A stretch of DNA of 64,000 bases from Kudoa neothunni (lineage: Eukaryota > Animalia > Cnidaria). The number at the start of each line of letters is the position of its first letter. Position 1 is the stretch's first letter. Location of the stretch: assembly GCA_964304625.1 (NCBI GenBank), contig OZ199840.1, positions 8,067,744 to 8,131,743 of the forward strand, in the 5' to 3' direction. Made by a program: the position numbers and the translations under genes. Shown here piece after piece: positions 41,101 to 54,431 of the stretch. The notes beneath the pieces are model-generated. The model was not told the DNA's origin. It was given only the letters and a program-made list of their open reading frames with translations, and made no database searches.

Positions 41101-41647
41101 ATTTTCATCTATACTTAACTAGCGATTATTACAACACTCATTTTTTTATACTCACATCACGAAAAAATTACGAAAAAATATTTTATCAGTTATTTATGGG
41201 CTTCGTTAATTTTTTCATAATACTTGGAACCATTTTCACAGTAGAAACGAATTAAGCTGCTACGATAACCGTTCTATAGCTTACTGTAATCACAAAAAAG
41301 CTAATCCTGTATATCAAATCAAGACAAATATTGCACCAACTTGAAAAAATTTCTACACGAAAATATTCATCTTGTAAGAATTTTTCGGCGAAAATAAAAC
41401 CTTCAAACAATTCAATTTAATATCCATAGTGCTAATTCACAGTTACGAAACCCAATCTTGCCCCATATGTCTGGACGAATTTGACGAGAGTGATAACGTT
41501 ACAGTGCTTCCATGTGGGCATGGTTAGTTTATTTTTTCAAACTTCGGATTTTTTTAACCTTATTTAGAATATCACCAACTATGTTTGTTGACTTGGAATA
41601 AACTAAGTTGTCCTCTTTGTAACTGTTTTATAACTATTGTGGAGTAA
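35196..41647 (+). CDS. PA-TM-RING-H2 E3 ubiquitin ligase (RNF13/RNF167/GRAIL-like), copy 1
   Basis: Signal exon MKVYILFVLLKFIVHSTAIKLTV (35196-35264); PA domain GLVNHVVSDCAP...FMLLFIKRNHTCPLQLE | AKYAYEAGYNGLLFY (from 40725); TM LFMGFVNFFIILGTIFT; RING CPICLDEF...VLPCGH|EYHQLCLLTWNKLSCPLC. Joining across the 5-kb intron is inferred from the matching intron position in copy 2. Confidence 0.7.
36192..38705 (-). mobile_element. piggyBac transposon with decayed transposase, within an intron of the RING gene
   Basis: TTAA-cccattagag ... ctctaatggg-TTAA termini, with an alternative end near 38456; subterminal palindrome gttcact(g/a)(t/c)agtgaac. Minus-strand IDEKMIPFKG...QYLPKKSPRW, WCDISVVTLSSTH and a Cys-rich C-terminal domain; several stops and frameshifts. 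Confidence 0.9.
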
Positions 41648-42937
41648 TGATGTGTGTTTGTCTATCTGCTTTTGGTGTGTTATCAATATTAGAAAATTCA
41701 AGGAATCTCTAAGCTCTTTTGTTATAGCGACACAGTTATAAATTTTATTCTAGAGAGAAGGAGCATTATACATCATTTAAAATCCGTTAATCAAACGTTT
41801 TTTTACATTTTTCTCTCGATCCAACATTCTTTCCAGATATAAAATAACTATTATTAACAGTTATGAAGAATTAATAGAATTAAAAAACAGTGAAGAAATA
41901 TGACTTATTCTGTCTATGCATGTCCCGTATTATTTGTTTTCTCAAAGGTTTTTTATGCATAGGTACCGTTTCATTGAGTTTGTTGGGAAGTTCTTATTAT
42001 GAAAAAATTTAATTATATATTATTGAGCTTGATCCACATAAAAATAATCAACGCTTTCAATAAAATATATATTAAATTTTATTATTATAATCAAGTAGAA
42101 TAAAGTTAAGGGAAGATTATGGACATTGTCTTCTGCTGAATTTGATATTGCGGATATTTTTATTTTGTATAATTGAATTTACTTTATCTGCTTATGCTCT
42201 GGAAGGAATAAATCAATTCACTTCTGAAAATACGAATTAAGTTTATATTTTTATTATTATGCTGTATCTTGGTTAGATTGAGGATTAGTACTTCCCAACG
42301 AGATAACTAAGCATGGATGTGAACAATAAAAATTATTTTATTTCCTGTCCACAGTATAAGAAAAACAAAACCCATTAAGCATAAAAAAGTTATGAAGGTT
42401 GCATTATTTTGGATCGCAAGGCGACCATTCGCCGAACACAGCAATAAAATAAATGTAGTAGAATATCGAAATATATATTTTTTAACGGATAATTTAATCA
42501 AATTTCAAACTATACATTCTTGTAATGGATTCAAAAATAAGTTTCTATAGTATTTATCATAATTTGAGAAAATATTTCGTATTTTTCTCATTTTTGATTT
42601 ATAATTTGAATTCTTAGTAGGAAGTGGCTATTGGCATGGTAAATAATTAAATATAGCAGATTCTAATATATTAAATCTGTAAACAGCTGGTAAGGTAAGA
42701 GTTACAGGGTATAGACATTCATTGTGCGTAAGCGTATACGCCGTTTAGGATTAAATTTTACCGTGCCAATAGTCTCTGCCTTCTTAGTATTTTAGTGGCA
42801 AAAAACATGGTTTATTTCCCGCTCCACTAAATTTTGGGTTTCCTTAAGCTTAGTAATGAAAGTATCAAATCCAGAATGAAATTGACTGAATATTGATAAG
42901 AAATGGAGATGAAATAGTTTCACAGCACTCTTAAACC

Positions 42938-43100
42938 CAGCGCTTCCCAACTAAAATTGGACTCGAACCCACATTTGATGACAAAACAAAGTTCGCATCC
43001 GCTTGCATATGATAAGGTGTAGCCGATTCAAAATTTCTCGAAAATTATTTTCAATTTTGATCGGATCTCGCACTCCCAGTTAGGAGTTGGGAACCCCTGG
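42938..43100. mobile_element. hAT MITE
   Basis: TIRs cagcgcttcccaact / agttgggaacccctg; perfect 8-bp duplication cttaaacc at 42930-42937 and 43101-43108. Confidence 0.75.
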
Positions 43101-43129
43101 CTTAAACCATTATTTGTGCATTCACACCG

Positions 43130-43940
43130 CGCTGCCGAAAAGTATTTCCAGCGAACGGTCGCCGTGTCTTTTATTTACCTTTCTACAGTAGAAGAAAAAC
43201 TATTCTCATTAACTATAAATAAATTATGAAGTTTGAATTATTTTCGATGGATTAAAAACTTCGTTTGGATCATTAGGCCAAATATCAATTCTTGGATGAT
43301 AAATATATTATTTTCTCAATTCCGAATCAATTGAAATAAGACATAAATGGTAAACGGGAAAAAATATTTTCTTTTTCGCGGCAACTGCCCCGCTCATTCT
43401 AATTTGAATCTCTCAAATATTACTTCAGGTTCTTTTCCTTTCAGTTATACAAATTTTTATGCAGCCTCTTAATTATGGGAACTCAATAATATTAAAATAA
43501 TTTACACAAAGCATTTAAATGAGTTTCTTGTAGAGGAATTAGAACCTGACTCGATAAAACGTAAATTACCAAATATTCTGAAAGCGATTTTTCTGCTTAA
43601 ATATGCATGAAATGAAATAAAGATTCAGATAATTAAAAATTATTTTACAAAGTCCTTATTTTTGGATGTAGAGATAAATCAGAAATTCTAGTAACAAATT
43701 ATTATCCAAATAATGAATTAAAAGAAATGATGGACGAAAACTCCAGTATAGCCATCAGAAATACAAGATTTTGTGTAGTTGGAAAGGTACATAATAATAT
43801 TGGTGTTATTTCACATAAAGGTATAAAGTAGAAGAATCTGACAGTGGTTCCAACAAAAATATGTTTAAATGCTTATCTTTATAAGGGATATCTTAAAATA
43901 AAAAGTTCACAAGTGCTGTAACAATAAAAAAATTCAATAT
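43130..43940 (+). pseudogene. pogo/Tigger (DDE_1) transposase remnant
   Basis: Broken frame GNCPAHSNLNLSNIT...FP...QPLNYG...IKIIYTK and A*NEIKIQIIKNYFTK match DNCPAH / QPLDQG / AW..V...TI.NCF motifs. Confidence 0.65.
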
Positions 43941-44334
43941 GAATTCCTCAAAATTCTACGTTTAAGTTTTAGAAAATATTAAACCAATTTTTTATTTTCG
44001 CGTGCACCAATTTGTCGTGCGTAATGATTTTGATTACGCACGACCTATAAGTCACTACATTTATTTCTCCTCATACGAACTTTTGGAATCAAGCTTCACT
44101 ATCAGTCACGGAAATATACAACATTTAAGTGTCATAAATATTAACCTTTTAATATTCTCTCTAGATCAAGGTCGCTTCGATATAATTTTCTCATCCAGAC
44201 TCAATCCTCCCTATCTTCAACTAAAATATCTAAATCATTTAATTCTTTTATAGTATTTTGCGTCTTTTGAAAAATCTGTTAGAATTTTTTAAGTCAATTA
44301 ATACTTTAAATTTAATAGACATAATTCCATTTAA

Positions 44335-46242
44335 CCTTCGAGCATCTTTGTTTAAGGTCTATTGGAACCCAATGGATGTTTGAATAAATTTTAGGGAATC
44401 TTATATTGCATAAGATGATTTAAGATCATATTCATTCTCCTGAAAATATGAGTTCTATTAAAATATAACGGGAAATTTTAATTTATACATTCAGGTAACG
44501 AAATGATCAAAATACTTACACATTCTTTCTATTGGGGTCCAATGGACCCCACGTGTTTTTTCTATCAAACAATAAAGAAAAATAATTGACAACAATTTTG
44601 ATAATTAAATAAAATTTTATCTAGAGGAAACAGAGAAAAATAGAAAAAACCATAAATAGTTCTGAGCGTAATATTTTGGATGAACTTGAATCCGATATCA
44701 ATCTATTTTATGATATCTTCTGATAATTTATATTTATGTCATTCTAATGTTGCTGAAGATAATAAACGCTTTCGAAACTTTTACAAAGATAAGAATGATG
44801 TTATTTGGTTTTCTGAAAAACTTCAAATAACTAAAAGCTCTAAACGAAATTTTTGTCAAAGTATCCAGGTTCAGTTTCCTATGTTTCAAACGGAATCACC
44901 TTCTTAGTTGAGTATTCCTCATATTTTATAATGAATCTATTTTCTCAACTGTTATTTCAAACATTAATACGTTTACCAATTTTAATTATCAGAATTATTT
45001 GAACACTATTCAAAACAAGATTTATTAGCTAATTTTGGAATCCATAATTGTATTCCTATTTTTAAATCTTAATTAGAATGATTCAAATTACTTTGGAGGG
45101 TTGGAAAGATTGTCGATCCGAATTTTATTACCCCCAGGAGAGTTTGACCATTGACGAAAAGCTATTTGCTTTTAGGGAAAATTTACCTCCGCACTATATA
45201 TATATATATATATATATACCGTCCAAACTGGCAATATACCGAATTAAGTATTTTCTCCTTGCCAACCCCGAGACCAAGTACACTCATAGCTTTCCTGTGT
45301 ATTTGGATAAAAATAATAATGAAACGTCAGAAAATGTTGAGGAGATATTATTCTGGATCTTGTGTCATCATTAATGGGAAGGGGGAAATATCTTTACTTC
45401 TGTTTCCATTTCCCAATAACTCTTACACGGGGAGTGATTGAAACAATTCGAAATAATAAAAGAGATATTACAAATTATCTAAAAATGAATTCAAAACGGC
45501 AAGTTTCAGTACACTTTTGTTTAATCAAAAATTAATACTAATCTCCTATATTCCTATAAAAGGTAAGGCCGTTTTACTGCTAACGACCTCCGGTTCATTA
45601 CGAATGTTGAAAATACAGACTGAAAAAACCTGTTGTTAACCTGGAATATAATCGTTAAAAAAGGGAAATGGAAACTGTGAATCATATTATTGCTATAACG
45701 AGTGTATAAAGTAAACGAATCGATGGCCGACAGCAGTATTCTTCATTATGGTTGATATTAGCTTGGTTAATTCATTTTATCTTTATGACTGTTTTCTATG
45801 ATCTCAATTGTTCAGGAGTAGTTAAGTTTCTAGAAGAGCTTGAAGATGGTTTGACAAAGGATTATGCTCAGTGAAACAAAAATCACGTTGATTTAAGTTA
45901 TGAGTGCATAATAGAACTTCTTTGTCGTGAGTGATGCTGTTGTTGTTCGATATCTCGCATTTTATGTATTTTGGAATAATATATATCTTTTATTGAAATC
46001 CATTATATTAAAAAGAGGCTAAACTCGTTTAATTTAACTTTTTAAATGTTTCGGTAATTATCGTTAACAACCGGCAGAGTTATAATTGTAGCGTTTTCCA
46101 ATATTGTAACGATAGTTTTATCTCATACTTTACCAGATTACGTATTTTATTTTTATCGATAATTCGAGCTAAATAAATGCGGAGTCCATTGGACCCTCCC
46201 AAAAAAGGAATGTGTAAAGTCGATTTTCAGACGCTCGGAAGG
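44335..46242 (+). mobile_element. Second piggyBac family element, decayed and internally deleted
   Basis: TTAA-ccttcgagcatct ... agacgctcggaagg-TTTA; subterminal inverted ggggtccaatggacccc / ggagtccattggaccc; LTIDEKLFAFR...YIPSKLAIYRIKYF and NRWPTAVFFIMVDISLVNSF transposase motifs. Confidence 0.85.
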
Positions 46243-48119
46243 TTTAGGGGTGGAGTCAACAATAATAATTTCAAATGTTTGAGAGTTTGAGCCTTAGAAC
46301 AACTTTTAATATTTATTTCATCACAGAATTTATTAATATTAACCTTCTTTTTTAACTAAAAATATTTTTTTAATTTTTAGATGATCTAGTAATAATTAAA
46401 AAAACATAATTAACTAATCTAACATTAGACGCATAACAAGCATGAATTCTTACTTTTTGCGTAATGTATGGAGTTATTTTCTAAAAAAGCGTTTATTACA
46501 GAAAAATATTATAATTCCATTTTCATAGGAATACTTAATAGATATATGCTGTTTGTGGCATTGTTTCGAAAAATTCGTAAAACCCATGCTACACAATAAC
46601 ATTGTATTATTGTTTGCAAATAAATGTACCTCTAAATAACATTGTATGTTTATAGCGAGAAACTTGGACATTTTTGATGACGTTAAAACACGTTATATAA
46701 AAAATTATACTGGCTGACATTTTTTCGATGAATTTTTATAGTTGAAAGTTGAAAATCTTAAACTCCCCTTCTTCATTAGACCAATTTTATTTTCTCGATC
46801 TACAACACAATATTCAATGGCAAATATATTCATTTCAGCGTTGTTAAGGACTAAAAATTATAACGTAACTGTGACTAATAATCCATTCATTTGAATAATA
46901 GATTAAATAACAAAAAATTAACACCTGATTTTTATAAAAAGGTGAAGCAAACATTGAGCTAAATTGATAGTTTTAATGAAATTATACCATAAAATTCTCC
47001 ATTGATTTACTACAAATTTCATCATTATTTTGATGCTATTCAAAGCTATAGGACCGGATCAACTCATTAATTCTTTGTAAAAATGTTGCATGGTGGCGAA
47101 GTTGAGAAAGTTTGATTATTAACCGATATATATCCTTAAATATATGGTGGTAATTTATTTAAAAATTCTAAATTAAATAAATGATCGAAAACTAATTTTA
47201 GACACGAAAACTATATTTATAATAATATTTAATTAAGTTAATACGCCTGATTATCTGATTATACACTAGATAGTAAATAGCTTAAATTTAGTTAAGATGA
47301 TATGCAAGGAAATTACAATGAAGTCGATATTCTATTTTGTCATAACAATATATAATAAAAATCGCTCTTGTGTAGATTCCAGTATTAAAGCAACACATTC
47401 GCGCCAACTCTAATTGGAGTATACCAACGAATGGGTTATTTATTTAATATAATATTGCTATAAATTGTAAAAATTAACAACACAACCAAGCATTGATTGT
47501 ACGAGATATAAAGTTCCATAAATAAAATTTTTTAAAATGAATGAATGAATTCTACATTACTAGATGTTCAAAGTATGCGTATTGTTTTTGATCCAATATA
47601 GGAATGATTCATTCAGATATTGCATTGGTGAGGATTTCTTATTTACGACACCTCATGAATAAATAAAATCGATCAAGATCATAAGTGTGAGGCTACCATA
47701 AAGCCTATTTAGTCATTAATTGTAAAATATAATCTCTCCAAAATATTGTGGTTATTGTTTTAGGAAATAGTCGTCTTTTTAGCCAATTTTATGTGAGGTT
47801 GATTTATTTTGGGAGTATTAATCTATGTATCATGGGATAATTTCGTATTAAAATAATAATAATAGGTGGAATCGAGTACCATGGGCATTGCTCTTATGTA
47901 GGTACGTGTGCTTAGCCAAATTAAACCAGAAAAATAGTTAAGAAATAATAAATTGTTAATTACCACCGAGAAATAATGTTAAAAGATAGCTTTAATGATT
48001 TGGTTGTTATCATGCGATCAAATCAACATCTAAATTGATTAATCAGCTTATCATTTATGAAAAAGAAAAGAGGATCTGAATATTTGTGTGTAACTTGAAT
48101 GCATATAGATCTATTTGGA

Positions 48120-51100
48120 ATGATCACGGTTATTACTGTGTTCCTGTTGGTGGTATCCATCAATTGTGATACAGAATATATGTTACTGGTAAGTAGAACA
48201 AGAAAAATTTTCCTTAATTTTTAACCCAAATATCTCTTTTTTAAATACTTCCGCACATATGAGTATAATATAGTTGGATTTTCTAGTTCAAACCAAACCG
48301 AAATATTGAACAAAGCATAGTTTACTCTAGTGTTTTGAAAGATTCGCGAATAATCAACCACTTTTATGCTGTAGTTACTATGAATTATATTCAAATTATT
48401 TATGAATTTATTATTATGTGACTACGTTTATGAAGGGATTCCTGGAATATCAACCAAATGACTGTATTGGCTTTAATAAACATTTGCGTGATGATGATTC
48501 TCCTGATGTCAAAAAGTCATTGGAGGTCTATCACCAATTTCTACTTACCGAGCCAAACTGCGACTGTGATTTATCCGTTGTGGTAATGAAATAGAAATTC
48601 TATGTCATTTTGGTTAATAATTGCATCAAATAGACTAAAAATGCCCTAAAGGCGGGCTTCACTTTTGTGATATATATCAATGATAATAAATTTGACTTTA
48701 ATGTCTCTCAACAACAAAAATTTCCTGACAGTTTTTACCAAAAAATTGTAACTCCATCTATTCTCGTTTCCTCAATGAAAAATATTGCAGGAAGTTGAGT
48801 ACACAGAAAACAGTTGGTTCAGTCCTGTTTACAAGCATAATACAGTTTTACTTGCCTATAAAGTTTATTCAACAATCTTCATATAGTTCTAATTATTAAT
48901 TATCTTGATAATAGAATAATGGCACCAAAGCCAAGGAATTTATCAAAAATGGAAAGTATTTGTTTACCTAACAATCATCTCAGCTAATTGTTGTGTAGAG
49001 TATTCACACTCATTCACAAACCAACAACCACAGACCTTTTCAAACATGGTCTCTTTTTCTATCTGATTATTATTATAATCTTTACAACTCTTGTTATCGT
49101 AAGCTATTCGCTTATATTGGTAGTAAAACAATCTAAGTTGGCTATTTGAATTTTAGCTGGAAGGAGTGTGTTGGATTGGAAAAAGAATTAACGAAAAAAA
49201 TAGAACAAAATCGATACTCAATTCCTTCAACATAAAAAACTATCAAATAGGTATCAATTCTACTGCTATACACAATAGAGTTGGGATATCTAATACTTTA
49301 AGCACTTTAAAATTTTCTCGAACGATAATAAGTCTTATAACGGAATGATGAGTGCATTTTATATGTGATATTTTGAAAAAAAAAAATAATTAATTTATAT
49401 TTAACATCATTATCGATTTTTTGAGAAAAATTCCCCCATTAGGAATAAATATCGCGTACAAATTTTTAAAATTGATAAACAATAGGATCTATCTATAATT
49501 TAATATTAAAGTGTAAATTTAATAACTATTTATAAGATTATAAACTGATGAAATTGTATTAGTATTGTGGGAAAAACTCGGCCTAATGAATAATGAATGG
49601 GCGTCATTTTTGGCCTGAGTATAGCCCTTTCATTTCAAAATTTTTTGTTTGTTAAATTAGGATAATATATCACGTAAATATGGTTATTAATACGATTTAA
49701 AAGTTAAAATTCTGAAATTTTTTTATCAATCATCATCGAATTTCAGGAAAAATGAAAATTAAGCAAAAATCCTGTTCGTATGTATCATAACTATGTCAAA
49801 ATTTCACGATGTATTCAAAAAGCACTGAAAATTTATTTGGTGTCTGAATTTTAAGCAAAGGCTCGATATAATCAATATTCTTGCATCGATCTTTTTCTTT
49901 TGTGTGTGCGCGCCAATTTTGATGTCAACTTCTTAATTTCAAAATTATTCAGTATCTAAAAATATTTAACCACATTAAAAAGAGGTTCAACAGATTGAGG
50001 TCTACTGTGTATATGTTATTATAAATCGTGAGAATCATGATTTATTAGATAATGCAAAACAATAATCCTTGTATAACTTTTTAAATAAATATATATCAAT
50101 ATTTTTTTAATATATATTACGATTGTGAAAAAAAAATAAAATACGATATTTAAAATAGCGCCATTTTTAAGTGTTTGAATGAGTATTTTCGAATGTTAAA
50201 TTAATTTAAATTATTTTTAATTTATTTTAAATAGATAAAAATTAATTTGGAGAAAATATTCAAAATAACGCATCATGGAAACGTAGTTTTTTCTCTTGTT
50301 AGTTAAATTTAAACGAACATTAGGCACTACTGCAAGTAACGTAACTAGGGCTTCAAAAAATCGAGGGTCGAGGATCCTCGAAATTTCGACGAGATTAAAT
50401 CAACGCATTAACAAGATAATGTGATTCGTTTCACAGTGGTTTTTCGTAATCAATGTTAGGAGAAATTTTCTTATCAAAATTAAGCAGTGCATTATTTTCT
50501 TGAATAAACTATTTTCTTTTAAAATATCGGCTAAACTACAGTACTGCAATATCTGTGTACGAACTTCGGGCGGTGCCGCATGCAAAATAGGAAATAAAGT
50601 AGTTTCCAACAATTCGTTCTATTAATTTACTTCTTTTTCAAAGACTTTTTCATATTTGTTCTTATCACAAAAAATTACATTAGGTAGTTAAATTCAGCTC
50701 AATAAGAATTAACCTATAAACCGGAAATATATCTTAAGTCGAGCACATTCGGATTCACGTGGAATCTGTATGTTGTTGATAAATACATCAAAAAATTATT
50801 ATTTCTCTATAATTTTAACAAATTTAAAGTCGTTAATTGTTCACTAATTTTCTCTATTTGCATCTGTTAGTAATAAGTTTGTATATGTTCAATATTGACT
50901 TCGTATTTAAAAAAATAACTTTCTGATGTATTCTATTCAAAATAAGAACAAAGATGTTTCAATTTAATGATGACATTCTTTGATGTGGTTTTTAGTTTAT
51001 AAATTTTTTTCTGGTAGTTTATTCATGATTAAAAAAATATTATAACAATATTTGTTCCAAAATTCAAACATGAAAATTTTTAATTTATTTTATTATCTTT

Positions 51101-52563
51101 TAATTTATATCTATTCAATAACTAAAAACAAAAATATTCAATAATTATTTTTTAATTACTTATCTCAACAAATAAAAACGGTGTAAAACCTGAAAATAAA
51201 CATTTATTACCAAGTTTTTGAATATAAAGTGAAATATTACGTCATATTTTGTAATCTGGTTCTAAATTTTCGCGTGGTCGAATATTTTAAGCGTTTTAAA
51301 CGAATATAACTAATTTAATGAGATATATTATCTATCCAAATGTTTGTAAAAACTAGTAACAACGACAAAATCTTGGAATCATGAAATCCTTATCCAAATA
51401 CTTAATAATTCTCATTTCAACACATAATCACCCTCGATTTTTTAAAGGCCTACATGTAACACTTCGCCTTGTCTTCCTACGATAGTATGAGAAAATAAAC
51501 CTCATCTCTTCAAATTAAAAGGGGCGTTGATTCTTGATTGTCCCAAACAATATTTTATATTTTAGTACGTCCATCACTATTCAAACGTGTAATTCAATCC
51601 TTCCCTCAGAATCGAATCAAGACTTCAAATGCATCATAATTGTTAGTGAGCGTTCACTGTAACAATTTTTATAACGGAATGGGGAAGAAATATGCAGAAG
51701 CAATGTCTCATAAGGATGGTATTTGTGAATCCATGATTCGCATTCCTACGGCCAGATTCACACGCCAACAATCTGCCGTTAATCTCTACTCATAGGTCTG
51801 AATGAGAACAAAATCGCTTTAAATTACTTGAACCAAAATAATTCAATTGTTTATTTAGGTGAATAAAGCTATATTTAGATTTTTAGCTACTTTGTATCGG
51901 TAATCTACAAATTTATTAGTTCATTTAGGATAATTTCAAGCTTGTAACTGTAATAAACTTTATTTGTAAAATATAAAATTAATATTTGCGTAGAAATACT
52001 CTAAATACATCATATAAAAGTTTTTACTGTTGGCAAAAATACTTATTGAGTATTTTAATTTCCATGAAATTTCTTTATATGATTATTATATTTAATAATA
52101 CATATTTTATAGTTTTAATTACACTAGTAGCTTATTATTTTTTGTATAAAACCAATTCATATGCTCATACAATAAGCTTTTAGTAAAGGGACCATTAATC
52201 AATTTAGAGTAAATCGTTTGGTTAGAAAAAACCTTCCCATCTCATTATAGTGCGTATTAGTCGAAAAATTAGCTCAACTTTTTTATGATCTAGTTGAAAA
52301 CAGTGAAAATGCTGAATTTTGCCCCATATGTCTCGAAGAGTACTGTCACAACGACAAAGTTATTGTTCTTCCATGTAAACATGGTATCTTTATTTTTTGT
52401 TAGTTATTACATTCTTACATTGTTCTAATCCATTATTTTTATAGAATACCACAAAGTGTGTATTTTTAAATGGAACAAACTTGTGTGCCCATTGTGTAAA
52501 GCCGAATTTCGTACTCGCTCCGAATCAAATGGCCTTGCTTCGACCACCACAATAAACCTTTAG
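48120..52563 (+). CDS. PA-TM-RING-H2 E3 ubiquitin ligase (RNF13/RNF167-like), copy 2
   Basis: Signal exon MITVITVFLLVVSINCDTEYMLL (48120-48188); PA GFLEYQPNDC...NCDCDLSVV|TKNALKAGFTFVIYIN...TPSILV; TM LFFYLIIIIIFTTLVI; intron of about 3 kb; RING CPICLEEY...VLPCKH|EYHKVCIFKWNKLVCPLC. Confidence 0.8.
50346..51452. mobile_element. Non-autonomous hAT element in an intron of RING copy 2
   Basis: 23-bp TIRs tagggcttcaaaaaatcgagggt / accctcgattttttaaaggccta; imperfect 8-bp TSD aacgtaac / catgtaac; possible decayed BED finger (YCNICVRTSGG) near 50540. Confidence 0.75.
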
Positions 52564-54431
52564 CATGACGTAGTTGGTTGTTTCATAAATTGGTCATATC
52601 CGATTCGTCTAGTTTTTAGCTGATAAATGTTTGGCATACCTATATATACTAGAATCTTATCTGCCGGTGTGAACTAATAAACTGACAAAATGATGGGCAG
52701 GCATTGTAACAAAATGTTGCTTCTCAAAGATGAATTTTATTTAAATCTAATATATTATTCTCTTCAAAATTGCGAAGACTGTGTTATTAATATAAAAGTA
52801 TTATTTGTCATTTTCATTAAAAATAATATTCAAGTAATAACAATTTTAATTATATCTAATTATTTCTTGCCCACCATTTCGCTTTTGAGAGTCAGAAATA
52901 TTTAAATATTGCCGAATGTCGAAAATTGCGTTTGTATACAGTTTTTGAGTAAGAATTGCCAGGATTAAAAATTGCCATTGCGCATATGTGCATGTTATTT
53001 AGGATTAAAATTTGCCCTGGAAAACAACCGTAGCGCTTAGGCCATATCTCAGTGAATCAATATCTCTATGACCTATCCATATATTTTATTCAAATTTTAA
53101 ATACTACAAACTATTTATTTACTTTTTCGTCTTATTAAAAAATTTTAGCATGTTTGAAGTAATTTTCCGTTATCTATAATCAAGATGTCATTAGACCAAC
53201 TTATAAATATACATTGTTCTTGAATAAAATTACACCTTCCACTTATTAATTCAAGGAAGTGATTCAGTTTCATATTTTATCTCATCTAAAATGGCGTAAA
53301 ATGTAATTATCCAAAAAATCAAAATAATCGTTCCGATGTATAATTATAATAGACTAAGTCAACATTTTTTTCAATCATCAGTTATTTAAATAATGGATAT
53401 TTTTGTTTATTTATCAAATAATTGCTAGTAAATAACTTTAAATTCATATTGGAATCATTCCGATCAAAATTTAACAGAAATATTAGAATCGCCTATTTGT
53501 CATAACACGTGCGCAAAGTGGGGAAGCTGCTCGCTCGGTCACGTATCTGCAGCATCCGTCGTAGATCCGTCTATTGTGTTGGGCAGCTTGCGAGTTACGA
53601 AATGACTGCCATAGAAACATTCAAAGTATTGTAAAGTTAAATAAATTTGTTAGAATTTATTGTTAGACTGTTAAAGCTTTGGAGGTGGGATTGGACCAGG
53701 GCAGTTACGAAATCTATAAAGACCTGGCAGTTTATCTCATCGCTCGTGATTCGTAAAGGTTAAAATGAGTTTTTGAATGTATATAGATGAGGAAATTGAG
53801 CAGATGGAATTTGTTAGAGTTGAATTTGATAACGTAATTTACGTATTTGTAAAAACCATTGAAATCGACGAAGGAGTATTAATATAAATTAAATTAACTG
53901 TTTTTTTACTAAAATAAAGACTAAAAATCCGATATGCTGTTATTATTGGCCATCAGTTGAAAGCATGGATATACCTATTAAGTAATTTGTTTTGTAACTA
54001 ATTGGAATTATATTTTTGATAGAGTTTTTGATAATTTGCTTCGAGTTTTTCGGAACACCATCCAAATAACGAACGCACAACTGAGATATGCCTTTATGGA
54101 TCAATGTGGTGCGGTAAAAGTCTTCAACTTGACGAACATATTTTTATAGTTACGCCTAATGAGAGATTTTATGATTATTATGTTTTATTTACGAGAACTG
54201 TTTTTTTATTAAAAGAATTGCAGGCACTCCTAATTTGTATCATGCTGTAAATAATAAAAAGATTGTAAGTTTGTACCATTTCAGCTCATATCAAATCACA
54301 ACCCATTCTCATTGATGTAGGTTCTCACGATAAGATATTATGGCATAAACGGATTAATCAAGAGAAAGTTGAATCGGTTATTGAGGTTATTCGATAGAGG
54401 ACCATTAAAATTGGAGTGGAATAATCAGGAA

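Noticed and set aside
42060-42501. Hydrophobic minus-strand ORF, possibly a small membrane-protein gene
   Set aside because: No consistent start or splice model and no recognisable motif; hydrophobic ORFs arise by chance in AT-rich DNA.
45195-45218. YIYIYI-repeat peptides (also at 2973-2997)
   Set aside because: Translation of (TA)n microsatellites, not protein features.
54369-54431. 21-aa N-terminal extension of the glycoprotein from the ORF track
   Set aside because: It starts at TTG; in a eukaryote the ATG at 54432, directly before the signal peptide, is the likely start.
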